In this document: in pieces, positions 37,073-47,011 of the stretch
How the letters are laid out: each line of letters begins with the position of its first letter
Position numbering within the stretch: the first letter of the stretch is position 1
IMG/VR virus record: IMGVR_UViG_3300010885_050383
Span: 9,876-73,875 of that record
Strand: one strand, 5' to 3'
Length of the DNA: 64,000 nt
Source: a virus
Notes under the pieces: model-generated
What the model saw: only the letters and a program-made list of their open reading frames with translations
Told to the model about the DNA's origin: nothing
Databases searched by the model: none
Translations under genes and position numbers: made by a program

Positions 37073-39062
37073 TACTGCTGAGACTAGGAACATGATTTCC
37101 TGTATCTTTGGCAACTCTATAACTTAAATCTGGAGCTGGATAAATTGAACCATCTGGATTTCTTGTAACTGTGGTTGTCACGAAATTTCCTCCATTAAAA
37201 GCATCATCACTATTAATTCCATATTTTTCGTTACGTTGTTTAGTAAATAAACCACCACCACCACAACCACCAGCCCAAGACTTTGCTCCGGGGCTGTACC
37301 ATGTACCATTTGTAGGTGCTGGTGTAGGTGAAGGATTTCCACAAGACCTACCCTGCCCTGCTCCTGAAGCTTGTTTATAATAACCACCTCTTGGAACATC
37401 AGCCTCGTGCGTGTGATCCATAGGAGGAATTGTATGATTATGGGGATAATTCCAAATAACACCAGTGCATACTCCACCATAACTATCCAGCCCATAAAAT
37501 ATTCCAGTACTACCAAGAGGAGTTAATCCAATATCTATTGGTAATGACATCATTGCCAAATTATAAGCTTCCATAGCAAGAGTAGTTATTCCATATTTTG
37601 TTGCCACTAAATTAAGCTGGCAAGCCATGTTTAAAACTTTTAAATCAAGGTTTGAAGCATTTAATGCATCTGCACCATAACTCCAATTTGCATGATGAGT
37701 CATGAAACTATCTGTTCCATTTAAAGTAACGGGTGCTCTCATACTTGGACAGTTTATATAGTTTACATTTAATGCACCATCAAGAGTTAAAGACCCCAAC
37801 ATGGCAGAATCTCCATTAACATTAAAAGATCCACGCACATAGGTATGCTTGGAATCAATGCAAACTCCACTTTCTCCAGTTTTTGGATCAGCAGAAATTA
37901 AAACATTAGACCCTCCGATAGTTGTTAAATTACTGGAAGTCAGAGAAACCTCTCCCTGCGAACCATTGATATGAACAGACCCACCTTTCATAGCAATTTC
38001 TCCAGTAGACATGAAATCCATTCCATTATTACCAGAAGTAATCATAAGATTATTTTGGATATTCATCATTAAGTTTCCTAAATGAGATTGTGGAGGAGGG
38101 TGATATGTTACAACCTGACAATTTCCTTCGGTAGTGACTCTAAGTTTATTCCTTAAAGAATCTGAAGGTCTTAAATTCATTGGAAATGAATGATATGTAT
38201 TTTCATGTTTTACATAAGGAATTTGAGAAGGAACTCCTTGGGGATCACCAAAAACATAGTGCTGACCATGTGCATTTATTATGGGACTTGATGAATTTTC
38301 TTTAAGAGTTTTAGTAAGATTATTCATTGTCTCTGCAATACTATCCATTTCTCTTTTTATAGCTTCTTCACCCGCAGCCATTTTTGTAGCTAATCCATTT
38401 TTTAAACCACCATCACAGCCCGGACCACAACCTTTGCCATTGTTTAAATCTAAATTAGTTTTTACTCCCATTAAAGGAACATAAATTTTCGTAACTGCAA
38501 ATCTTAAAACTCCTAGTGGCCCTTGCATCCAAGGAATATTACTAAATGTTGATATTATTCTGTCTAAAATAACATTCCAAGGGTCGCTTTTATCATCAAC
38601 CAAATGTTTTTGAGCACAATTTGGACATGTTACTTTTTCAGCGGGTGTTTTTTTAATAGCATCTAATGATGAATTATATGCTTGATTTAAAAGATTGGTA
38701 TATTGTTGATTTTTTTCGGTTTCATCACTATCAATATTTCCATTTATTTCAGTTTTACCATTTTGGTTATATGTGGCATTACCATCTGAAGTGGTAGTCT
38801 GTATTCTGTGTGCAGTTGTATGAATTTCATTGGTAGCATTTATAGTAACATTACCATGCCCAGACAAAGTAATATTACCATGCATTATTCTAATCAAAGT
38901 TTTCCATGCATTTTGCCAGATAGAATATGATCTATCATCTGGAGTTGTTGCTCCATTAGGATTTCCGACTTTGCTATCAACAAAAGCAATACCACTATCT
39001 CTGGATGCAATTACATTGGTGCTTTGTTGAGAATTTTTAGTAATTTCTTGACTACTTGGCAT
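37062..39062 (-). CDS. baseplate central spike, C-terminal part (gp5 beta-helix/apex-like)
   Basis: Gly/Asn/Ile beta-repeat segments ('GNITLSGHGNVTINAT','GEIAMKGGSVHING','YVRGSFNVNGD'), apex-like 'HNH...HTH'; follows the gp5-OB gene. Confidence 0.6.
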   Translation of the reverse strand: MPSSQEITKNSQQSTNVIASRDSGIAFVDSKVGNPNGATTPDDRSYSIWQNAWKTLIRIMHGNITLSGHGNVTINATNEIHTTAHRIQTTTSDGNATYNQNGKTEINGNIDSDETEKNQQYTNLLNQAYNSSLDAIKKTPAEKVTCPNCAQKHLVDDKSDPWNVILDRIISTFSNIPWMQGPLGVLRFAVTKIYVPLMGVKTNLDLNNGKGCGPGCDGGLKNGLATKMAAGEEAIKREMDSIAETMNNLTKTLKENSSSPIINAHGQHYVFGDPQGVPSQIPYVKHENTYHSFPMNLRPSDSLRNKLRVTTEGNCQVVTYHPPPQSHLGNLMMNIQNNLMITSGNNGMDFMSTGEIAMKGGSVHINGSQGEVSLTSSNLTTIGGSNVLISADPKTGESGVCIDSKHTYVRGSFNVNGDSAMLGSLTLDGALNVNYINCPSMRAPVTLNGTDSFMTHHANWSYGADALNASNLDLKVLNMACQLNLVATKYGITTLAMEAYNLAMMSLPIDIGLTPLGSTGIFYGLDSYGGVCTGVIWNYPHNHTIPPMDHTHEADVPRGGYYKQASGAGQGRSCGNPSPTPAPTNGTWYSPGAKSWAGGCGGGGLFTKQRNEKYGINSDDAFNGGNFVTTTVTRNPDGSIYPAPDLSYRVAKDTGNHVPSLSSINC

Positions 39063-39079
39063 ATATTTTATTTACTTGA

Positions 39080-40219
39080 TTACCCATGCATTGCAGCAAT
39101 ATCTGCTGGATTAGGTGCTTGTGCAAAATAAACAGGCTTTTGAACATCCCCGCCCATAAAAAATACAAAAACTTTTGAATCTGGATTTGGCACTGAAAAA
39201 GTACCAACACCAGACCCTGCTAAACCTATATTAGTATTTGGAAGAACAGTCGCAGCAACACGATTTAAATATTGTATTACACGTTTTCCAACAGATTGTG
39301 TGTTAGGTTGTGCAACAGATGCAGGGCTATTAACAAGTACAGACCCACCCCCCGCTGCATTAACAGCATAATTATAATTATTACTATTCCAGTAAGAAGT
39401 ACGACCCGTTTGTATTGCTTTGACTGCTGCGGCTGCTTGTGCAGCAGGATCATAAACATTTTGTGAGTTTATTCCATAAAATGCATCAGTCGATCCGTCT
39501 GGTTTTACCCCACCAGTAAAACTAAATAATCCTTCAGAAATCGTACCATTTGGTTCTCTAAATTTTTCGTTAATTGCAACATAACCATTTTTAATTGTGG
39601 ATTCTCTTGACATTAAAGCATCTAATAAATTTGCAGTTTGTTCGGGATTTTCCACACCACCCGCTTTAGCAGCTTGTAAATTAATAGCATGTGCATCGGC
39701 TACCGTTATCCACTGTGTATTACATACTGATTGCATTACATCTTGATTTCCTAACATTTGACTACAATCAAACCCTAATTCTGCTCCATTATAACTCTGT
39801 GCATTTTGACCCATTTTTGTATCTGTTGGTTTTTTTGCACAAAGAGTTTGATTAAACGTAGTTTGAGGCCATGATGGAGGATAATTGGTCGATCCTGTTA
39901 TTGTAGATCCTTTTGTGTTGGCAGTTGTATTGGTAGCTGTATTGTATAATCCACTCGAACCACCAAAAACTGGAGCAGCACATTCTGCCCACGGTAAAAT
40001 TTTTTGTAATGTTGCTAATAAATTCGTATCAATGTTATTTAAATCCTGACAACCTTTTATAACAGGATCTGTAAAATTACTTTGTTGTACTTTAGCATTT
40101 AAACTATTGAAAATAGTGCTGGTTAAATGAGGAACCCATACCTGAATCCTATTTCTTTTTTCTGGATCTGCAATTCCATTAACAACCAATCCTAAATGTA
40201 TTCCGTAAACTGGTTCCAT
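39080..40219 (-). CDS. gp5/VgrG-type OB-fold with inserted lytic transglycosylase-like domain
   Basis: 'GLVVNG..DPEKRNRIQVWVP','LPWA', C-terminal 'FSVP.PDSKVFVFFMGGDVQKPVYF'; insert with 'LMSRES','EGLFSF','VYDP..Q..AAV'. Confidence 0.72.
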   Translation of the reverse strand: MEPVYGIHLGLVVNGIADPEKRNRIQVWVPHLTSTIFNSLNAKVQQSNFTDPVIKGCQDLNNIDTNLLATLQKILPWAECAAPVFGGSSGLYNTATNTTANTKGSTITGSTNYPPSWPQTTFNQTLCAKKPTDTKMGQNAQSYNGAELGFDCSQMLGNQDVMQSVCNTQWITVADAHAINLQAAKAGGVENPEQTANLLDALMSRESTIKNGYVAINEKFREPNGTISEGLFSFTGGVKPDGSTDAFYGINSQNVYDPAAQAAAAVKAIQTGRTSYWNSNNYNYAVNAAGGGSVLVNSPASVAQPNTQSVGKRVIQYLNRVAATVLPNTNIGLAGSGVGTFSVPNPDSKVFVFFMGGDVQKPVYFAQAPNPADIAAMHG

Positions 40220-40227
40220 AATATTTT

Positions 40228-41559
40228 TTATGCTAAAGGATTTGTTATAAAATCTGTAAATGCTTTTGGTATATCAGAAGCATTGGTTGTAAACTGACCC
40301 AGATCTGTTTTTGCTTGATTAAAATATGGATTTGAATTTGTATCTAAAAATGCAAGTGGATTATTCGGATCAAAAAAGCCCGGATTTGCAAGTATGGGAC
40401 TTTCTGCATAATTTCCAAAAGATCCAGTTCCAAGATTTCCTGTTCTATACCACTGACTATTATTTCCTGCAACACCAGCAGTAAGAAGTACTGATCCAAG
40501 AGGACCTAACTGACTTTCCAAACCATAATGTAAAATTATTGCATTTGCTATTTGTAATGCTTTATTATGAGCAGCAACCCCAAGACCATAGTGACTAATT
40601 AAGTGTCCCATGAATGCTTCGGCATCTCCTGCTAATTGATTTAAATCTGTAAGAATATTGTTAAGACCGGGAACCAAACTAAGAAGAGCTACTGGATTAT
40701 AACAATAATTGAGTCCTTCTGCTGCATAGTTAATAACAGTTTGAATGGAATTAATAGCATTAAACATTGCATCTCCTCCATCAAATAATTGGGCAAAAAA
40801 AGCAACATCATCAAGTAATGATTGAAAAGCACCAAGAACTGCACAGATTAAATCTAGTGGAATAATTGAATTAATAAAATTATATACCAGTTGTCCCATT
40901 GCTTGAAGAAGACCATTTACCATGTTTGCAAATCTTTGTAACATTAAAATAACACCATGATAGACATTATACATAGTTTGAATGAATCCTTGAATTGCAC
41001 CCTGTGCTTTATAAAGAAAGTTTTGTAAATTTCCAAATGCACTAGGAGGTAAACTAAAATAAGATCTAGTACGAATTATATTACAAATATTTTCTATTTT
41101 TGTAACCATATTTGGATCTATACTGTTCAATGCGTCTGCTGCTAATGAATGTGTGTTTTGTGCAGGCCCTGTTAATGGATTTTGAAGCATTTGTGAGGTT
41201 GCTAATGTACCAATTCCTAAAAGACCTCCTGTTACAAGTTGTCCACTCTTTCCTGCTGGAGTAAGTTTTTGACAAGCTTCTAAAAGATGATTATCATGCA
41301 ATTGTCTAATAAAACTTTTATAATATCCTTTAGGCCCATCAGTTATACTAAATGGAAGATATGGAGATTGTATAGACCAAGTATGTCCTATAGCGTTAAA
41401 ACCATTTACCAAAATATCTAAATTAGCAGCATATTGATTATTATCTCCCAAACATCTAAAGGTATCTAAATTTGGTACAGTAAAAGCAGTTAGACCACAA
41501 CTTTTCTGAAGATTAATTAATGCTTTTGAATCTGTGATTGTTATTTGACTAGCAGCCAT
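40228..41559 (-). CDS. hypothetical virion (baseplate/tail) protein, helical and charge-poor
   Basis: 443 aa within the baseplate operon; long amphipathic helices. Confidence 0.45.
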   Translation of the reverse strand: MAASQITITDSKALINLQKSCGLTAFTVPNLDTFRCLGDNNQYAANLDILVNGFNAIGHTWSIQSPYLPFSITDGPKGYYKSFIRQLHDNHLLEACQKLTPAGKSGQLVTGGLLGIGTLATSQMLQNPLTGPAQNTHSLAADALNSIDPNMVTKIENICNIIRTRSYFSLPPSAFGNLQNFLYKAQGAIQGFIQTMYNVYHGVILMLQRFANMVNGLLQAMGQLVYNFINSIIPLDLICAVLGAFQSLLDDVAFFAQLFDGGDAMFNAINSIQTVINYAAEGLNYCYNPVALLSLVPGLNNILTDLNQLAGDAEAFMGHLISHYGLGVAAHNKALQIANAIILHYGLESQLGPLGSVLLTAGVAGNNSQWYRTGNLGTGSFGNYAESPILANPGFFDPNNPLAFLDTNSNPYFNQAKTDLGQFTTNASDIPKAFTDFITNPLA

Positions 41560-41572
41560 AATATGTTACTAT
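41545..41572 (+). promoter_or_regulatory. sigma70-like promoter for dNMP kinase (TTGACT-16-TGtTACTAT), overlapping the start of the divergent gene
   Basis: Seen directly; ATG at 41581. Confidence 0.55.
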
Positions 41573-41580
41573 AATAACTT

Positions 41581-42186
41581 ATGCCTAAAACACATTTTTA
41601 CGAACCAATTGGAATAGCTGGGAATGCTTTTGTAGGAAAAGATACTCTTTGCAATTATTTAATCCAAGAATTTAAAAATAAACATAAAATAAAAGCAAAA
41701 AGATGCTCAATTGCGGGGGATACAATTAGAAAAGACTTAAAATCCCTTCTTTTAAAAAAAGCTTCTATAGATATATATCACAATTATCCAGAAGAAAAAG
41801 AACTTATACGTCCTATTATGGTCGAATATGGACGTTTAATGAGAAAACTAACGCAAGGAAGATATTTTATCAATCAAATAGAAACTAAAAAAAATTTTGG
41901 GGCTAATTTTATTCCAATTATTCCAGATATTAGGTATTCAGAATACCCATTTGACGAAGATCATTGGTTATTAAATGAAAAAAATGGACTTTTAATATAT
42001 TTGGAAAGAAAAGATATTAAACCAGCTAATTTCTTTGAAAAAAATAACAATAAAGTTTTAAAACAACGTGCAAATATTGTTATCAACGTCCCAAATTTTA
42101 ATAATATGAATGACTATCTACCAAAAATGCAAAAAAATATAGATAAGATTGTTACCACCTACCTATCGGGCATTTTTCAGCCTTAA
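41581..42186 (+). CDS. deoxynucleoside monophosphate kinase (T4 gp1-like)
   Basis: 'IGIAGNAFVGKDT','R.IMVEYG..MR','IIPDIRY', 'N..E'. Confidence 0.75.
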   Translation: MPKTHFYEPIGIAGNAFVGKDTLCNYLIQEFKNKHKIKAKRCSIAGDTIRKDLKSLLLKKASIDIYHNYPEEKELIRPIMVEYGRLMRKLTQGRYFINQIETKKNFGANFIPIIPDIRYSEYPFDEDHWLLNEKNGLLIYLERKDIKPANFFEKNNNKVLKQRANIVINVPNFNNMNDYLPKMQKNIDKIVTTYLSGIFQP

Positions 42187-42463
42187 GATAAGTTTTAATA
42201 GCCATAAAACAACCGCATTTATTACATCTCTGTTGGATAGAATTAAAAAATTCACATTTTTTACACACTTCCAAACGAGCATTTGCGTCTTGTTCGGTTA
42301 ATTTTAATGCATTTCCAGAAGCTACGCTTTGAATATTACGCACAACACTTTGGGAAAATGTTTTTGCCATAGTACCTAAAGAAGGTTTTTGGGGTTTATT
42401 AGAAGCTTGCAAACTTGCTATTCTAGCATTTTGTAAGCTTTGTTTTAGTGCATTTTTATCCAT
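42152..42463 (-). CDS. small Cys-rich protein (DUF6171-like)
   Basis: 'RLEVCKKCEF...RCNKCGCFM..KT.L..EKCPIGRW'. Confidence 0.65.
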   Translation of the reverse strand: MDKNALKQSLQNARIASLQASNKPQKPSLGTMAKTFSQSVVRNIQSVASGNALKLTEQDANARLEVCKKCEFFNSIQQRCNKCGCFMAIKTYLKAEKCPIGRW

Positions 42464-42464
42464 A

Positions 42465-44159
42465 TTAATAATTATTCGTACCTTGTATTGTTGATACTGG
42501 ATCTAATACATCCCACCAATTATTAAAGGCATCTACTTTTACAGCAATGATATTATTTATATAGTAGTTTTTTGAAAATACATGACTTACTTTAGTTATC
42601 ATCCACTGTCCGAGTGCTTTATCATCAAATGGATTTTTTTCATGCGTTGATGCATCACGATCAATAAACACAAAATTTCCGGGCGATCTAAAAGTAAGAC
42701 CCGCAGAAGTAAATGAAATTGCTTGATTTAATAATAAGAATCTATGCATCATCTCAACTCCTGCCATACCTTTTGGACGAAAGTTTTTGGGAACAAATTT
42801 ATTGTTAAAGCTAAGACCTTTTTGTTTTGTTTGGTTTATGTTCAATAACAATTGTTTGCTATTTTTATAACCATATAATCCATCCGTGTATTTTTTTAAA
42901 TTGGTATATAAATCTGTAACTTTATTGTTTGTAAATTCTATATTAAATTGAGAACTCGAAAAATCAAAATTATGAAGAATGTTGTTATTAAGACTAAAAT
43001 CATCTGCTGTAGTCATTGGAACAAATTCATAGTTAGAAATTCTAGATGCTAAAGGAGATTCTAAATTTACCACTAAGGTTTTATCTGGATTATTATATCC
43101 AATTGGTGCTCTATTTAAATAGGGGGGTGACGCAGAATTGTCTACGCCATCTTGAATTATCAATCTTTCTATCTGATTTCCTTGTGCATTTTGAAAATAA
43201 AAACTTAAAGGTATGAGTGAAAATTCTTTGCCATTTGTATTATCATATCTATCAAGTCTTAAAAATAAAGGACTTCCATCGGATGCTTTTATACATCCCA
43301 TAACATATTCCAAATCATCCAAAACACATGAATTTGCGGGAGCTGTATATTGAACATAGCTATCACTAGATCCTTTATCCCAGTTAGTAGTGCTAAAAGT
43401 ACTGATAGGATATATTGGAGTATTTAAATTTTTGGGACCAAGAGCACCACCTACTTTTATTTGAGTCCCCAAAGGATTAGAATTATCAGAACCTGCGGTT
43501 GTTATTATGGACTTTATAGCATCAGATGTTAGCATTGCTTTTGATCCATCTGAATTTGGTTTTGAATTTGGAATTCCCTGCCCTTTGTTGTATAAAGCTG
43601 TTGACCATTCTATATTTCTTTCAAGAAATATTTGATATCTTTCATCCACAAAATTAAGTTTCTTTAACTTTTTTTGTGGGTTTTCGGTTTTCAAATCTTC
43701 CATTTCATAAACGACACAATCATAAGACATTTGCCATTGTTTATCGGATAAAACTTCATCAATCCTTGATGGTAAAGGCTTTATTCTTATTGCTATTTTA
43801 TTTCTGCCATCAGACCTAAAAAGAAATGGAGCTTGTTTTTGGGGTAAATTTACAGATTTTTTTTTACCCAAATTAGAATTTTTTTTATCCGAATTGAAAA
43901 CTTGCGATAATGCTCCTCTTTCAAGTATTTCATAATCATTTTTTAAAGTTATACTGCCAGAAATATACCAATTATGTAATTCTTCTTCTATGACAATTTC
44001 TTCAATGAAAAAAACTGGTATACCGAATGGTTCAAATCTTTCTAACTGATTATACATCCACACCTCCACTAGATATGGTTGATCTCTTATTAAAAGAATA
44101 TTATTTTGGTCATGGTTTGACCAAATACCGAGACTTTCTTGAATACCTAGATTTGCCAT
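42465..44159 (-). CDS. baseplate hub protein (gp27-like)
   Basis: 'IEEIVIEEELHNWYISGSITL' N-terminus; C-terminal 'GLTFRSPGNFVFI..GQWMITKVSHVF'. Confidence 0.65.
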   Translation of the reverse strand: MANLGIQESLGIWSNHDQNNILLIRDQPYLVEVWMYNQLERFEPFGIPVFFIEEIVIEEELHNWYISGSITLKNDYEILERGALSQVFNSDKKNSNLGKKKSVNLPQKQAPFLFRSDGRNKIAIRIKPLPSRIDEVLSDKQWQMSYDCVVYEMEDLKTENPQKKLKKLNFVDERYQIFLERNIEWSTALYNKGQGIPNSKPNSDGSKAMLTSDAIKSIITTAGSDNSNPLGTQIKVGGALGPKNLNTPIYPISTFSTTNWDKGSSDSYVQYTAPANSCVLDDLEYVMGCIKASDGSPLFLRLDRYDNTNGKEFSLIPLSFYFQNAQGNQIERLIIQDGVDNSASPPYLNRAPIGYNNPDKTLVVNLESPLASRISNYEFVPMTTADDFSLNNNILHNFDFSSSQFNIEFTNNKVTDLYTNLKKYTDGLYGYKNSKQLLLNINQTKQKGLSFNNKFVPKNFRPKGMAGVEMMHRFLLLNQAISFTSAGLTFRSPGNFVFIDRDASTHEKNPFDDKALGQWMITKVSHVFSKNYYINNIIAVKVDAFNNWWDVLDPVSTIQGTNNY

Positions 44160-44161
44160 AA

Positions 44162-44746
44162 TTAACAGGAAGGAATATTAACATTATTCAGCAGTTTAAC
44201 TTCTAGCTGATTGAATATAAATGTTGCAGTACAAGAAATTTCGCCCGGTTCTTGATATGAAAATTCAAATTCACTCAATGCGGTTATGTGTGCTAATGTG
44301 TATGTAAAAGACATTATTTTATTATTAAATTCATCAAGACTATAAACTGTAAAATTTGTGGCATAATCTGTCGTTGGATTTAATACTAAATTATTGTTTA
44401 TGGTGTTTAAAGGACTTATACTTGTAGTGGCATTGTTAAAAAGATTAAGCCAATTCCACAAAATCCAATAATTTTGAAAACCATTATCAAGCAAAAATTT
44501 TACATTATAAGGCCCATAACTCGGACGAGAGAAACTTGATGTGTTATATACTTGCCCACCAAAAGCAACTTCTTTTGAAGGAACAGATATCTTCGGCACA
44601 GGCGATCCTATGATTGTAAATTGGATTGGGTCTGCATTATAACTTTCTCTTAAAATAGGATCTTGTATATTTTTTAATGCATTAGGAATATCCATAACGA
44701 ATAAAAATTTGTCTTTCCTTGCTCTGTTTAATACGGTTTGATTCAT
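44162..44746 (-). CDS. tail tube-fold protein (gp3 tail-completion-like)
   Basis: 'VPKISV','VKFLLDNGFQNYW.LWNWL','ITALSEFEFS','CTATF.F'. Confidence 0.65.
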   Translation of the reverse strand: MNQTVLNRARKDKFLFVMDIPNALKNIQDPILRESYNADPIQFTIIGSPVPKISVPSKEVAFGGQVYNTSSFSRPSYGPYNVKFLLDNGFQNYWILWNWLNLFNNATTSISPLNTINNNLVLNPTTDYATNFTVYSLDEFNNKIMSFTYTLAHITALSEFEFSYQEPGEISCTATFIFNQLEVKLLNNVNIPSC

Positions 44747-44757
44747 TATATTAATAT

Positions 44758-46614
44758 TTAGAATAAAATCGTAGGATAATAAGATGATTCTGAAAAAGAT
44801 TTATCTGAACTATTATGTTCTATGGGGGGTTTCATACGATCTTCTTCCATAGAATTTAACCACATTCTTAATGATTCTCTATCTTCTGATAACAAATCAT
44901 TTTCTTGCATAAAAGGCTCTCCACCAACATCCGTATAAGGAACTGCTACTCCAGTTCTTCTGGCTATCGTGGATGCTGCACCCCCTATTAAAAGAGGACT
45001 TGCTTTTAAAAGATCACTATTATCTGAAAATGGATGTATTTTTAAAGGTCTTCCTTGGTCATCAAATTCATTTATAACAAAATATTTTGATACTAAATTA
45101 GGATCTAACATAAAAAGACCCCATATCATAGCAAAGACTCTATCATCTAAATCCTTATCGTTCTTTTTTGTAAATGTAAAATTAGGCAAACGAATAAAAT
45201 TGCCCATTTCTAAAACAGTTTCTTTATCAAAAAACCTTACTGCTTTTAAACTATCAGTCCAATATCTAAAATTAGTTATCCCTTTATATTTTGTATTTGT
45301 ATGGTTATGGATTCCAAAACGATTTGCATTGTTATAATGTTTACTAAATCCTTCAAAGTGATAGGAAACCACATTCTCATAATTATGCGTTTGACAAAGG
45401 ACATCCAAAACTTGTTGTCCATTATTGTTATTTTCAATAAGAATTGGAGGTCTTCCCCAATCATTAAGCACACTCAAAAGTTTTGTACCGAAGTGATAAG
45501 GACTCATTGTATTAGTTGCGTATACAGCAACCTGTTCAATATTTTGAAGGTTGGATACATCCAAAATTTGAGCAACTGTATTACTTCTTCCAATACCTTC
45601 TCCAACATCAACACCTATTACATAAAAAGATTGGGGGTTGGGTAATTTGTAAATCCTATAATTTCCATCATCATTGACTAAAATAGGATCGGTACAGTTT
45701 ATCAATAATTCTTTAAGATATTCCGAATCAATTACAGTTTTTCCGGGTTCGTGGAAAACGCAACCATATTCTTGATCGAAATCTTCTTTTGATCCGATAG
45801 TCCTTATTTCCTTTTCTTTCCAAACTTCGTCTCTACCGGGTACATCCCACCAATTAACAATTTCCAAATGCCATTCACTATTTGGTTTTTGAGTTTCTAA
45901 ATATAAATCATGAAATTTATTACCCACGCCATTAGGTGTACTAATGACCACAACCTGTGATCTCTTCATGGAAGAGATAATTGGAAGTGCGGACTTCCAA
46001 AGTTCTTTCATAAGATCATTTGGGCAGTGAGCCATCTCATCAATGATAAGAAGATTACTCGTAGTACCACGAGGACCACTAGAAGAAGTCGTACTGATTG
46101 TTATTGCTGAATCATTTCCAAGAACCAAACCATTGTTTCTCCAAGATTTGATGTGTGGTTTAAGGTAAACAGGAAGTTGTTCATATGCCATTTTAATTCT
46201 GGTAAAGATTTCTTTGGCAGTAGATTCTTTATTAGCCACAATAGTAACTCTCTTGTCTGATTGAAAACACACCATCCAAAGAGCATAAATGGTTATTGTA
46301 GTCGTTTTTCCGCTTTGACGGCTAGAAAGTACCACATTGAACCTATTAGCTTTAAAAGCCTTTAAAAGCTTCTTTTGATATTTGTACAATTCAATTCTTC
46401 TTTTACCATCTTCTGTAATGATATAAAAATGTTTTTCAGCAAAATGTAAAATGCTTTTGGCACAGAGTTTAACCTCGTCCATCATCTCATCCGTCCACTT
46501 AAATGTGGCATCTTTACGAAGAATATTTTCGTTTCCTTGGTAGAATTTTCCATCTACCAAGATGTCTTCATTGTCGTATTCTTCTATATTTTCGTTTTTT
46601 GGTTTTCTAGGCAT
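44758..46614 (-). CDS. gp17: terminase large subunit (gp17-like)
   Basis: 'LYKYQK','SRQSGKTT','VANK','LIIDEMAH','ISTPNG','FDQEYGC.F','GVDVGEG','IENNN','DDRVFA'. Confidence 0.93.
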   Translation of the reverse strand: MPRKPKNENIEEYDNEDILVDGKFYQGNENILRKDATFKWTDEMMDEVKLCAKSILHFAEKHFYIITEDGKRRIELYKYQKKLLKAFKANRFNVVLSSRQSGKTTTITIYALWMVCFQSDKRVTIVANKESTAKEIFTRIKMAYEQLPVYLKPHIKSWRNNGLVLGNDSAITISTTSSSGPRGTTSNLLIIDEMAHCPNDLMKELWKSALPIISSMKRSQVVVISTPNGVGNKFHDLYLETQKPNSEWHLEIVNWWDVPGRDEVWKEKEIRTIGSKEDFDQEYGCVFHEPGKTVIDSEYLKELLINCTDPILVNDDGNYRIYKLPNPQSFYVIGVDVGEGIGRSNTVAQILDVSNLQNIEQVAVYATNTMSPYHFGTKLLSVLNDWGRPPILIENNNNGQQVLDVLCQTHNYENVVSYHFEGFSKHYNNANRFGIHNHTNTKYKGITNFRYWTDSLKAVRFFDKETVLEMGNFIRLPNFTFTKKNDKDLDDRVFAMIWGLFMLDPNLVSKYFVINEFDDQGRPLKIHPFSDNSDLLKASPLLIGGAASTIARRTGVAVPYTDVGGEPFMQENDLLSEDRESLRMWLNSMEEDRMKPPIEHNSSDKSFSESSYYPTILF

Positions 46615-46654
46615 TGCTATTCAAATACTTATAAAATATACTTAAAAGTATATA

Positions 46655-47011
46655 TTACTGAGATAGTTGTTGGTTTATTTGAGAAATAACAGTAGAAACG
46701 TAATTTGATTTTAAAAGTTTTAAAGTAGATCCCGGTGTCGGTCTTATTACGGGATTTTGAATTTGGTTGTATGCACAAACCAACCACCAAAGATCCATAG
46801 TATTATAATAATTATAAGAAATTAAAGCCCATGTATCGTTAAATTTAACAATATAACTATCTTCTGCATTTGAATTGGTAGATGGAAATAAATTTACAGA
46901 GCATAGTAAATTATAAAACTTGAACCCATTATCATCCTTATAGATATTAAAAAAATTTTCATATCTATAACCCGAAATCATTGGTAAATCTGGAAAATTA
47001 TCTTGTTTCAT
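46655..47011 (-). CDS. baseplate wedge protein gp53-like (LysM-like)
   Basis: 'YIVKFNDTWALISYNYY..MDLWWLVCAYNQIQNP...PG..LK'. Confidence 0.75.
   Translation of the reverse strand: MKQDNFPDLPMISGYRYENFFNIYKDDNGFKFYNLLCSVNLFPSTNSNAEDSYIVKFNDTWALISYNYYNTMDLWWLVCAYNQIQNPVIRPTPGSTLKLLKSNYVSTVISQINQQLSQ

Noticed and set aside
25033-46614. Inteins or introns in the polymerase, UvsX, helicase or terminase
   Set aside because: Lengths are normal, motifs are contiguous, and no intein C...HN boundaries or LAGLIDADG blocks were seen
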